NCBI GenBank assembly: GCA_013286805.1
Contig: JABDEY010000002.1
Span: forward strand, 1,629 to 65,628
Source of the DNA: Bacteroidota bacterium
GTDB taxonomy: Bacteria > Bacteroidota > Bacteroidia > JABDFU01
Length of the DNA stretch: 64,000 nt
Direction: 5' to 3'
Position 1 is the first letter of the stretch. Every line of letters starts with the position of its first letter. Position numbers and translations under genes: made by a program. Below the pieces are notes generated by a model, which was not told the DNA's origin, searched no databases, and saw only the letters and a program-made list of their open reading frames with translations. Of this stretch, positions 1 to 8,683 are shown piece after piece.

Positions 1-1513
1 TCAAAGTTTGCTTACGCATCCAATCGGAAGGAACTTTGTCTTTGTGCGTATTGGTCACTTCGAGGTAGTATCCGAACACATTGTTGAAAGCAATTTTAAG
101 GGAGGGTATTCCGGTGCGTTCTGATTCACGCAGCTGAATTTGCAAAAGAAAATCCTTTCCGGAATAAGCAATCTTGCGCAGCTCATCCAGGTCAGCATTC
201 ACGCCTTCTGCAATTACATTTCCTTTGTTTAGCAAAAAGGGCGGGTCTGGCTGCAGTTCCTTATCTATTTTATTTATTGCTGCGTCGCATAGGTTGATCT
301 GCCGGCCTATGTTCTGCAGGGACAAATTTTCTGATTTGTCCAACAGTTCTTTTATAGGTTTTATGGCTGAGAGTGCACGTTTTAACTGAGCCACTTCTTT
401 GGGTGAAATCCGTGCCGTAGCGACTTTGGAAATGATGCGTTCAAGGTCATGGATCAGCTTTAGCTGTGAAGTAATCAAATCCGCCTGCTCCTGATGTTTC
501 AAAAAATAATCCACACATTCGAGGCGTTCATCAATCGGAGCCTTGTCTTTCAGGGGTAAAGCCAGCCATCGCTTGAGCATACGGGAGCCCATGGGTGAAA
601 CAGTCTGATCTATAACCGAAATAAGGGTACGTGCATTTTCGTTATAAGATCCGAATAACTCCAGATTACGAATGGTAAATTTATCCAGCCAGACGTATTT
701 TTCTTCTTCAATGCGGGAGATGTTGGTAATATGCTGAACCTTGTCGTGGGCTGTTTCAGCCAGGTAATGCAAAACCACTCCAGCGGCAATAATGCCGCTT
801 TCCATATTGTCAATACCGAAGCCTTTCAGGGATTTTGTATTGAAATGTTTCAGCAAGGATTCCTGCCCGAATTCATGTGTGAAAGCCCAGTCTTCCAGTC
901 CAAAGGAATAGAGCTTCTCGCCGAAGGTGTCAAGAAAAAGTTTCTTGTATTTTTTTTGATAAAGTACTTCGCTGGGGCGAAAGCTTTGCAGAAGTTTATC
1001 GATGTATTCAAAGGTTCCCTGGGCTATCAGGAATTCTCCCGTGGAAACATCAAGGAAGGATACTCCGGCAGTATTTCCGGAAGGGTTTGGAAAAAGGCCG
1101 AAGGCAATACTTGCCAGAAAGTTATTGGATTTATGATCGAGTACTTTGTCATTGTACGAAACTCCGGGAGTGACTAATTCGGTAACACCTCGTTTTACAA
1201 TGGTCTTGGTTAGTTTTGGGTCTTCGAGCTGATCGCAGATTGCAACACGCTGACCTGCACGTACCAGTTTTGGAAGGTATGTATCGAGCGAATGGTAGGG
1301 AAATCCGGCTAATTCGATGAAGGTGGCTGCTCCATTGGCTCTTCTGGTTAATACAATGCCCAAAATGCCGGATGCTTTTATTGCATCTGCACCAAAAGTT
1401 TCGTAAAAATCTCCTACGCGGAAAAGCAGGAGCGCATCCGGATATTTTGTTTTAATCGTATGGTATTGCTTCATCAGTGGTGTTTCTACCGGTGAAGTAG
1501 TGCTTTTTGTCAT
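1..1513 (-). CDS. mutS: DNA mismatch repair protein MutS (5' part; runs off the window start; missing from the ORF track)
   Basis: Manual translation from ATG at 1513: [44 protein letters not shown]...[34 protein letters not shown]...[12 protein letters not shown], the MutS domain I signature (GDFYE). Confidence 0.97.
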   Translation of the reverse strand, partial: MTKSTTSPVETPLMKQYHTIKTKYPDALLLFRVGDFYETFGADAIKASGILGIVLTRRANGAATFIELAGFPYHSLDTYLPKLVRAGQRVAICDQLEDPKLTKTIVKRGVTELVTPGVSYNDKVLDHKSNNFLASIAFGLFPNPSGNTAGVSFLDVSTGEFLIAQGTFEYIDKLLQSFRPSEVLYQKKYKKLFLDTFGEKLYSFGLEDWAFTHEFGQESLLKHFNTKSLKGFGIDNMESGIIAAGVVLHYLAETAHDKVQHITNISRIEEEKYVWLDKFTIRNLELFGSYNENARTLISVIDQTVSPMGSRMLKRWLALPLKDKAPIDERLECVDYFLKHQEQADLITSQLKLIHDLERIISKVATARISPKEVAQLKRALSAIKPIKELLDKSENLSLQNIGRQINLCDAAINKIDKELQPDPPFLLNKGNVIAEGVNADLDELRKIAYSGKDFLLQIQLRESERTGIPSLKIAFNNVFGYYLEVTNTHKDKVPSDWMRKQTL

Positions 1514-1550
1514 ACTTTAAATGTACAAAGATTTTGAGGATATTTGCGGG

Positions 1551-2090
1551 ATGCGTAAACTGTTGAATGAGGAGTTAGGAAGAAAGACGGTAGATGAGTT
1601 TAAACGCTCGGCCAAGACGCCATTGATTGTGGTGCTTGATAATGTACGCAGCCTGCACAATGTGGGATCAGTTTTCCGGACAGCTGACGCATTTCTGGTG
1701 GAAGCACTTTATTTATGTGGGATTACGGGGACACCTCCGAATAAGGAGATTCAGAAAACAGCTTTGGGGTCCGTGGAGAGTATTGACTGGAAGTATTTTA
1801 AAACGACAGCTGAGGCTGTGGTTTTGTTAAAGCAAAATGGTTATAAGGTTTATTCCATTGAGCAGGCTGAACACGCTATTGCTTTGAATGAATTTATGCC
1901 TGGCAAGGGTGAGAAATTAGCAGTGATATTTGGACATGAGGTGAAAGGCGTGGAGCAGGAGGTCATAAACCTGTGCGACGGGGTAATAGAAATACCTCAA
2001 GCCGGAATGAAACATTCATTGAATGTAGCGGTTAGTGCAGGGGTGGTGATTTGGGAGCTTTTTAGGAAATTTCATTTGCTCCCTGTGTGA
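1551..2090 (+). CDS. TrmH/SpoU family RNA methyltransferase
   Basis: VVLDNVRSLHNVGSVFRTAD, FGHEVKGV and IEIPQAGMKHSLNVAVSAG SPOUT motifs; ATG 1551 (MRKLLNEELGR) preferred over 1521. Confidence 0.93.
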   Translation: MRKLLNEELGRKTVDEFKRSAKTPLIVVLDNVRSLHNVGSVFRTADAFLVEALYLCGITGTPPNKEIQKTALGSVESIDWKYFKTTAEAVVLLKQNGYKVYSIEQAEHAIALNEFMPGKGEKLAVIFGHEVKGVEQEVINLCDGVIEIPQAGMKHSLNVAVSAGVVIWELFRKFHLLPV

Positions 2091-2153
2091 ATCATGTAAA
2101 TCTATTGCCGGTGTTTGCAATATTTTTTTATGAACTCCAACCCACCTTTGTTC

Positions 2154-2375
2154 ATGAAAAAAGTCGTATTTATCGTTTTAATCGGATGGGCAGGTTCTTC
2201 AGTGGCCCTTTCTGAAAACAGGGAGCCTGACCGGGTTATCCCTATAACTGCTCTGGAAAAAGCTAAGGTACGCAATTGGCAATGTGATTATTGCCATAAA
2301 ATTAAGCGCCGAAAGTATAAACCCTGGAATTTTGTTTGCCCTGAGTCCGAGTTCCATTACTGGAGGGCTATGTAA
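2154..2375 (+). CDS. Small putative exported protein (73 aa) with a CxxCH motif
   Basis: MKKVVFIVLIGWAGSSVA signal-peptide-like N-terminus; CDYCH motif; fits the gap between trmH and the convergent gene. Confidence 0.5.
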   Translation: MKKVVFIVLIGWAGSSVALSENREPDRVIPITALEKAKVRNWQCDYCHKIKRRKYKPWNFVCPESEFHYWRAM

Positions 2376-2399
2376 TAATGTCAAGGTTTATTGCAAAAG

Positions 2400-4223
2400 C
2401 TATTTCACCACAAACTTCTTCTGAACATTCATTCCATCGATACTTAAAACCTGCAGAAAATAGATCCCAGGACCAAATTCAGACACATTCTTTGAAAAGC
2501 TGTTGGTTCCTGATCTTAGCTGAATGGCTTCAGTTGAAATCATTCTTCCAAGCATGTCAAAGATGGATAGTTTGGCTGAAGCGGGTGTAGTACCGGAGAT
2601 ACTATAGTTGACTGTTGACGATGTGGGATTGGGATAGATGGAAAGGTCTTGTGGGGTAGATTGGATTTCGGAAACGCCTGTATAACCTGCCGATGAAACA
2701 AAAATCCACGCTGCCCCATTATTACTATTGTCACCGACTCCGCCAATAATGGCAGTATTGCCGTCGGCAGAAATTGATACAGAATAGCCTTGATTGGCAT
2801 CCACAGTAGCTCCAGTACCTGCTAATTTATTTCCCTGCTGTGTCCATACTCCAGCGGTTCGGGTAAAAATCCATACCGCTCCATTATTGCTATTATCCAC
2901 AAATCCGCCAACAATGGCAGTATTCCCATCAGCACAAAGTGAAACTGAAATGCCTTGCTGGGCTCCAAAAGTCCCATATATAGCTCCTGTACCCACTAAT
3001 TTTTCCCCCTGCTGTGTCCAGACCCCGGTGCTTCGGAAATAAACCCATGCTGCTCCAGCTCCGTTATTATCTATAGATCCCCCAACAATTGCAGTATTCC
3101 CATCAGCAGAAATAGAAACAGAACCGCCTTGATATGCATTCCCCGCACCTCCTGTACCTACTAATTTATCCCCCTGTTGGGTCCAAACTCCGGCGCTGCG
3201 AGTGTAAATCCATACTGCTCCGGTATCCTGATTATCCGTATAACCACCTACAATGGCAGTATTCCCATCAGCAGAAATTGCAACTGACCAGCCTTGATAT
3301 GCATTACCTATGGCTCCTGTACCCACTAATTTATTCCCCTGCTGTGTCCAGATTCCGGCGCTGCGGGTATAAATCCATGCTGCTCCGGCTTTGCTATTAT
3401 CAACACATCCGCCAACAATGGCAGTATTGCCATCAGCGGATATTGAAACTGAATAGCCTTGATCTGAATCCCCTATAGCTCCTGTGCCCACTAATTTATT
3501 TCCTTGTTGTGTCCAGACTCCATTGCTTCGTACATAAACCCACGCTGCTCCAGCATTACTATTATCTCCATATCCTCCCACAATGGCTGTATTTCCATCA
3601 GCAGAGAGTGAAACTGATATGCCCTGCTGGGCGCCATTTGACCCATTTATAGCTCCAGTACCCACTAATTTATTTCCCTGCTGTGTCCATACTCCAGTGC
3701 TTCGGGTATAAATCCATGCTGCTCCATCACCACTGTCATCATCATATCCGCCAACAATTGCAGTATTGCCGTCAGCAGAAATAGAAACGGAAATTCCCTG
3801 GATTGCCGCTCCTTCAGCACCGGTACCCACCAATTTACTTCCTTGTTGTAAGGCTGGAAAGTGCGTTTGAGTAACTGTAAAATTTCCGCTGCTTGTTGCT
3901 GTACCATTCCCTGTTGTAACCGATATAGCTCCGGTAAAAGAACCAGGCATCACAAGTCCCACTAATGTATCTCCTTTATTGGATGCCATTACAGCTGAAT
4001 CAGATACAATTATAGCATTGACACTACCTACAGTGAAACCGGTTGGACTCCCCAGATTGGTGCCTACAATTGTTATCAATGTTCCTGTTGAACCGCTATC
4101 AGGGAAGAATGCACTAATTGAAGGCGACTGTGCATTCAATGTATTCACAAAAAAGATTAAGGAAGCAACAAACGAGGTAATAAATGAATGCCGTTTAATC
4201 GTAAGCAGTTTTTCTTTTATCAT
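2400..4223 (-). CDS. T9SS type A cargo: IPT/TIG domain + 7 FG-GAP-like repeats (7-bladed beta-propeller) + CTD
   Basis: Signal peptide ending NAQ; seven ~56-aa repeats QQGxKLVGTGA..QGxSVSISADGNTAIVGG..GAAWIYTRSxGVWT; C-terminus IYPNP...GIYFLQV...KKFVVK. Confidence 0.88.
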   Translation of the reverse strand: MIKEKLLTIKRHSFITSFVASLIFFVNTLNAQSPSISAFFPDSGSTGTLITIVGTNLGSPTGFTVGSVNAIIVSDSAVMASNKGDTLVGLVMPGSFTGAISVTTGNGTATSSGNFTVTQTHFPALQQGSKLVGTGAEGAAIQGISVSISADGNTAIVGGYDDDSGDGAAWIYTRSTGVWTQQGNKLVGTGAINGSNGAQQGISVSLSADGNTAIVGGYGDNSNAGAAWVYVRSNGVWTQQGNKLVGTGAIGDSDQGYSVSISADGNTAIVGGCVDNSKAGAAWIYTRSAGIWTQQGNKLVGTGAIGNAYQGWSVAISADGNTAIVGGYTDNQDTGAVWIYTRSAGVWTQQGDKLVGTGGAGNAYQGGSVSISADGNTAIVGGSIDNNGAGAAWVYFRSTGVWTQQGEKLVGTGAIYGTFGAQQGISVSLCADGNTAIVGGFVDNSNNGAVWIFTRTAGVWTQQGNKLAGTGATVDANQGYSVSISADGNTAIIGGVGDNSNNGAAWIFVSSAGYTGVSEIQSTPQDLSIYPNPTSSTVNYSISGTTPASAKLSIFDMLGRMISTEAIQLRSGTNSFSKNVSEFGPGIYFLQVLSIDGMNVQKKFVVK

Positions 4224-4350
4224 ATCCTACGGCTGATTTTAAGAAAAAAGATAAAATAAAGATAATCTTTAAAAGCGATGGTTATACGGAGGCAATAATT
4301 TGATCGTATGTTACGTTTGGTTGTACCCATTCACCAAAAAAAGAATCCCC

Positions 4351-5517
4351 ATGAATATAAATTCTCAGAAAGCATTTTTCCTTGCGATCCTTATCAGCAC
4401 TATTTTCAAACCTTTAATCTGTAAGGCTCAGTTGCAGGTTATTGCAAATGGAAATGTCGGTATAGGCACAACCAGTCCGGGAACAGCATTAGACGTCCAG
4501 ATTGGCACAAGTCCAAGCATTCGCGCACAGGGCAGTTCTAATCCATATCTTCAGGTAGTATCAACGAATGGGGCTTTGATTACAAAATGCCAGAGTGTTG
4601 CGACTGTTGGCGGGTATGTGGGTACACAAAGTAACCATAACCTATTCCTGTGTACGGACAATGAACCAAGTATTACAATACTAGCTAATGGCGGAAATCC
4701 AGGAACTGTGGGGATTGCAAATACTGCCCCTAATACTTCCTATGCTTTGGATGTGGCTGGGGATATCAATTCTTCCACCCATCTTAGGGCGTCCGGAGTA
4801 ATTCTTACCTCTGATCGGAAATTTAAAACGAATATAGTTCCTATTCCAAATGCCATGGCTATTATTAAGCAATTGAAACCCAGCTCCTATTATTGGGATT
4901 CAATAAATGCATATGGTATGCATTTTGAAAATCAAAAACAATATGGCTTAATCTCTCAGGATGTGGAGAAAGTGTTGCCTGAATTAATCTATAATTCAAT
5001 CAAATTAGCTACACATGATTCTGCTGGCAATGTGTTAACACAAGCGGTATCATACAAAGGATTAAATTATAATGCTTTCATACCTATCCTCATTAAAGGA
5101 CTTCAGGAGCAACAAGTAATTATTGAGAGATTGGATTCCATCAACAAGGCATTGCAGTCTCAAGTAACTACCTGCTGCAACAGCCAACAAGGACAGGGAA
5201 CAACTAGTGTCACAGGTGATAATTTAAACAACACAAATGCAACAGCTGGAAATTCTTCTGCTATTCTTTATCAAAACATCCCAAATCCTTTTAGTCAACA
5301 AACAAGCATAGGATATTCAATTCCAACATCGGCTCAAAGTGCCAGCATTATAATATTTGACCTGCAGGGTAAGTTAATAAAAACAGTATCTGTCTTTAAT
5401 TTTGGCACTGGCTCAATACGAATTAACGGTAGTGAGTTAGCTCCTGGTATGTATGTCTATTCTTTATTGGTTGATGGAAAAATAATTGACAGCAAAAGAA
5501 TGATTTTAACTCAATAG
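4351..5517 (+). CDS. Tail-fibre-like protein with S74 intramolecular chaperone and T9SS type A CTD
   Basis: Signal peptide (CKAQ), GNVGIGTTSP fibre motif, TSDRKFKTNI...YGLISQDVEKVLPELI...LNYNAFIPILIKGLQEQQ (S74 chaperone + coiled coil), LYQNIPNPF...GMYVYSL...KRMILTQ CTD. Confidence 0.85.
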   Translation: MNINSQKAFFLAILISTIFKPLICKAQLQVIANGNVGIGTTSPGTALDVQIGTSPSIRAQGSSNPYLQVVSTNGALITKCQSVATVGGYVGTQSNHNLFLCTDNEPSITILANGGNPGTVGIANTAPNTSYALDVAGDINSSTHLRASGVILTSDRKFKTNIVPIPNAMAIIKQLKPSSYYWDSINAYGMHFENQKQYGLISQDVEKVLPELIYNSIKLATHDSAGNVLTQAVSYKGLNYNAFIPILIKGLQEQQVIIERLDSINKALQSQVTTCCNSQQGQGTTSVTGDNLNNTNATAGNSSAILYQNIPNPFSQQTSIGYSIPTSAQSASIIIFDLQGKLIKTVSVFNFGTGSIRINGSELAPGMYVYSLLVDGKIIDSKRMILTQ

Positions 5518-5529
5518 TTGCAATTGCAA

Positions 5530-8500
5530 ATGAAACAGAAGTATAATTTCTGCAATTTGAGACGTACAGTGATTTTTTATTTATTGATTAATGCCAGCTC
5601 ATTCGGGCAAACGATCTGCTATCCTCCAAATGATCCGAATTGGCAGCTCAATTCTGCTTTAAGTGATGAATTTAATTCTACGTTGGACGCAACCAACGGA
5701 GGCGTATTCTATTCGACAAATTCCGGATCAAGTTGGACTGCTGCCGCCGGGTTAAGTTACCAAACACCCGGTTTTACTTTACCAAGTACAAATACAAGTG
5801 TCAATTGCCTTGCAGTTAATGGTGCCGGTGGGTTATTTGCAGGAGTGCAGAGTTTCGGATATGCGAATGCTGAAATGGGAGGAGTATTTTACTCGACAAA
5901 CTCAGGAACAGCCTGGAACTTTACAGGTACCAACATGACAGATTTAGCCGGATTGGCCATGACTTCTTATACAGTTGCCACAAACCCTCCCGCTACTTAT
6001 ATTTTTTCAGGATATAATACCGGGGTATATGTTTCGACTAATGCAGGATCGAGTTGGTCATCTGGTTTATTACCCAGAGTAGCCGGAAATGCTTTGACCA
6101 GTTATTATATGAGTCCTTACAATTACCTTTTTGCAGGAAATAAATATGGTGTGTATTTATCTACCGATAATGGGGTTAGTTTCTCATCCCCCCGGGATAC
6201 CTTAACACTATTTTATAATCATAATGTCACTTGTTTAGCAAATACAGCTCAACGCGGGGTAAACTATCTTTTTGCCGGCTTAAATTATAATGCTTATGCC
6301 GGGGGAAATAATGGAGTAGCTTTTACCTCTGATAATGGCACGACCTGGGCAACCATTAATAGGGATACTTCCGGGCACCCTCCTCTCACTTCTAATGTAT
6401 ATTGTCTGGCTGCCAATGGATCTAAGGTTTTTGCAGGCTGTGAAAGCGGAGTGTATATTGCAACTTTAAGTGGTTCAACCCCTTATTGGAATTCTGCCGG
6501 ATTAGCTAATTCCATTGTTTATTCCCTTTATTATGACGGAACGAACCTATTTGCAGGAACTACCAAAGGCTTTTTTTGGTCAACCAATAACGGTTCAAGC
6601 TGGAAGGAAATGGATGCTGGCTTAAATAATGCTGTTGTTCAATCGATCACAGTCAGTGGCAATAATTTATTTATAGGTACTGCTGACAATGGTGTTTTTT
6701 TATCAACCAATTCTGGTGGAAGCTGGACAGCATTAAACAGTAATTTACCAACCAATACTATTTATTCTATCTATTATTGCTCAATTAACGCTATTCCTTA
6801 CTTATTTGCCAGTACCGGTGGCGGGGGAGCCGGAGTCTATTATTGTACCTATAGTGGCAGTACCTGGAGTCCCTGGTCAAGCACCGGGGCCATAGGTACA
6901 CCGGCATATGCAGACATGAGCCCAAAAAGAAATATTAGTTGCCTTGCTACTAATGGGAGTACTGTATTTGCAGGGACAAGAGGAGGATTATTTCTGTCCT
7001 CCGATCTCGGATTAACATGGGTGCCAATCAATGATGGATTGACAAATAGTTTTATTACATCCTTAGCGATAGGAAGTGGCAGTAATTTGTATGCAGGAAC
7101 ATATGGAGGAGTATTTTATTCGAATAATAACGGATCCAGTTGGTCCGCTGCAAATTCAGGATTGACAAATACAAGTGTTAATTGTCTGGCAATAAATGGA
7201 AGTAATTTGTTCGCAGGAACGAATGAAGGGGTATTTTATTCAACCAATAATGGAACCAATTGGACAGCGGTAAATTCAGGTCTGATAAGCATAAATAATG
7301 GAAACAGAGTCCGGTCGATTGTGATTGATAGCGGTAATGTATTTGCCGGTACTGACGCAGGAGTCTTTTTCTCCAGCAATAATGGGGCTAGCTGGGCTGC
7401 ACTAAATACAGGATTAATCTATTTAAGTCCAAGTGACGGACACACGTATAGTTCAAGTGTAAATTGTCTTGTCGCTAATGGTACAGATTTATATGCAGGG
7501 ACTAATGGTGGTGGCATATTCCATTCAACAAATAGCGGGGGAGCCTGGAGTAGCTGGACACAAGTGAATGGATCAGGAAGTCTGACCTCTTTGAATGTTT
7601 TTGCATTAGCCTTGTATGGCAATACTTTGTATGCAGGAACTTCACCAAAATGGCATGCCTACGATTTTTGTTCAGGCAGCTTTTATGAAGAAAAAACCAA
7701 TCTGTTTGCAAGTGATAATGCCTCTGCATCCTCAGGTAATTTACAATTGCAGGTTCCGGACAGCAACACGCATTTCTGTTCAAATTCATATCCCTATGAC
7801 AGGGGGGGTATATATACAGGGGGAATACAATCTCATGGAAATAATTTTACCTACGGCTATTATGAGATACGTGCTACTTTACCAGGAACTGTTATTGGAT
7901 CCAATGGTTATAGTTATAATTTTTGGCCCGCATTTTGGTTTTATTACGATAATGGGGAGACCCTCTGGAGCAATGTTCATCATGAGTGCGACCCTATTGA
8001 TGCAGCAATCTACGGAAATTCTGCAGGTGGTTCTCCTGCCAATGCGACTCAAATTGCAGGAGAGTTTAATTCAACTGTTGCATCAGCATCGCACGTTTGG
8101 ACATACACCAACTCCTCCGGTTTTTTGTGCAGTGGTCCTCACAATTATGGCATTGAGTATAACCCCAATTATATCATTTTTTATTTTGATGGTATTCCAA
8201 TTTATCAGCAATTTGGAAATAGTCCCACACCCATTCCACAGGAAAGCAACATGATGACTTTACTAATTAACTTATCCGTAGAAGGTGAATCGTTTTATTC
8301 AGGACAATCCTTTTCACCGGCTCCAGCCATGCTGGTAGATTATTTCCATTACTATACATTATCTGAAAATTGTTCATCATCCGAAACAGTTTCGAATCAA
8401 TCTCAATATTCCAGTTATGTTCCTGCAGTTTATTCTGAAATAACTTTTTCACCAACTGTTTCAAATCCGATTGCTATAAGCAATTCAGGCAATACACTAT

Positions 8501-8622
8501 TCAGAGCTGTAGGTTCAGGCAATACGGGTATAGGTATTACTGTCCCTGGTGCCGGAAATTCAGCAGTTTTTACAGTTCCCTTAGGAACAACCTTGAGTTT
8601 GATACCAACCGGGTGCAATTAA
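5530..8622 (+). CDS. Secreted GH16-like protein interrupted by BNR/Asp-box beta-propeller repeats
   Basis: Signal peptide (SFGQ); WQLNSALSDEFNS (GH16 start); many GVFYSTNxGxSW Asp-box repeats; FTYGYYEIRATLP, WPAFW, ECDPID, HNYGIEY, IIFYFDG, MLVDYFHYY (GH16 core). No T9SS CTD. Confidence 0.8.
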   Translation: MKQKYNFCNLRRTVIFYLLINASSFGQTICYPPNDPNWQLNSALSDEFNSTLDATNGGVFYSTNSGSSWTAAAGLSYQTPGFTLPSTNTSVNCLAVNGAGGLFAGVQSFGYANAEMGGVFYSTNSGTAWNFTGTNMTDLAGLAMTSYTVATNPPATYIFSGYNTGVYVSTNAGSSWSSGLLPRVAGNALTSYYMSPYNYLFAGNKYGVYLSTDNGVSFSSPRDTLTLFYNHNVTCLANTAQRGVNYLFAGLNYNAYAGGNNGVAFTSDNGTTWATINRDTSGHPPLTSNVYCLAANGSKVFAGCESGVYIATLSGSTPYWNSAGLANSIVYSLYYDGTNLFAGTTKGFFWSTNNGSSWKEMDAGLNNAVVQSITVSGNNLFIGTADNGVFLSTNSGGSWTALNSNLPTNTIYSIYYCSINAIPYLFASTGGGGAGVYYCTYSGSTWSPWSSTGAIGTPAYADMSPKRNISCLATNGSTVFAGTRGGLFLSSDLGLTWVPINDGLTNSFITSLAIGSGSNLYAGTYGGVFYSNNNGSSWSAANSGLTNTSVNCLAINGSNLFAGTNEGVFYSTNNGTNWTAVNSGLISINNGNRVRSIVIDSGNVFAGTDAGVFFSSNNGASWAALNTGLIYLSPSDGHTYSSSVNCLVANGTDLYAGTNGGGIFHSTNSGGAWSSWTQVNGSGSLTSLNVFALALYGNTLYAGTSPKWHAYDFCSGSFYEEKTNLFASDNASASSGNLQLQVPDSNTHFCSNSYPYDRGGIYTGGIQSHGNNFTYGYYEIRATLPGTVIGSNGYSYNFWPAFWFYYDNGETLWSNVHHECDPIDAAIYGNSAGGSPANATQIAGEFNSTVASASHVWTYTNSSGFLCSGPHNYGIEYNPNYIIFYFDGIPIYQQFGNSPTPIPQESNMMTLLINLSVEGESFYSGQSFSPAPAMLVDYFHYYTLSENCSSSETVSNQSQYSSYVPAVYSEITFSPTVSNPIAISNSGNTLFRAVGSGNTGIGITVPGAGNSAVFTVPLGTTLSLIPTGCN

Positions 8623-8625
8623 AAC

Positions 8626-8668
8626 TAAAAAAAGAAAGACTCCCTTTTCGGGGAGCCTTTCTCAAAAA
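8626..8668. terminator. Intrinsic terminator between convergent genes (U-tract on the minus strand)
   Basis: AGAAAGACTCCC-TTTTCG-GGGAGCCTTTCT stem-loop with one mismatch, flanked by A-runs. Confidence 0.75.
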
Positions 8669-8683
8669 ACCTCAATAAGTTAG

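Noticed and set aside
174..1177. ORFs 174..389, 610..813 and 731..1177
   Set aside because: Antisense or off-frame shadows of mutS; the same applies to most short ORFs nested in long genes in the track.
4351..5517. Prophage tail gene
   Set aside because: Has a Sec signal and T9SS CTD; no other phage genes, integrase or att-like repeats seen.
7616..8254. 212-aa alternative-frame ORF inside the GH16 region
   Set aside because: No recognisable motifs; the main frame carries all GH16 motifs.
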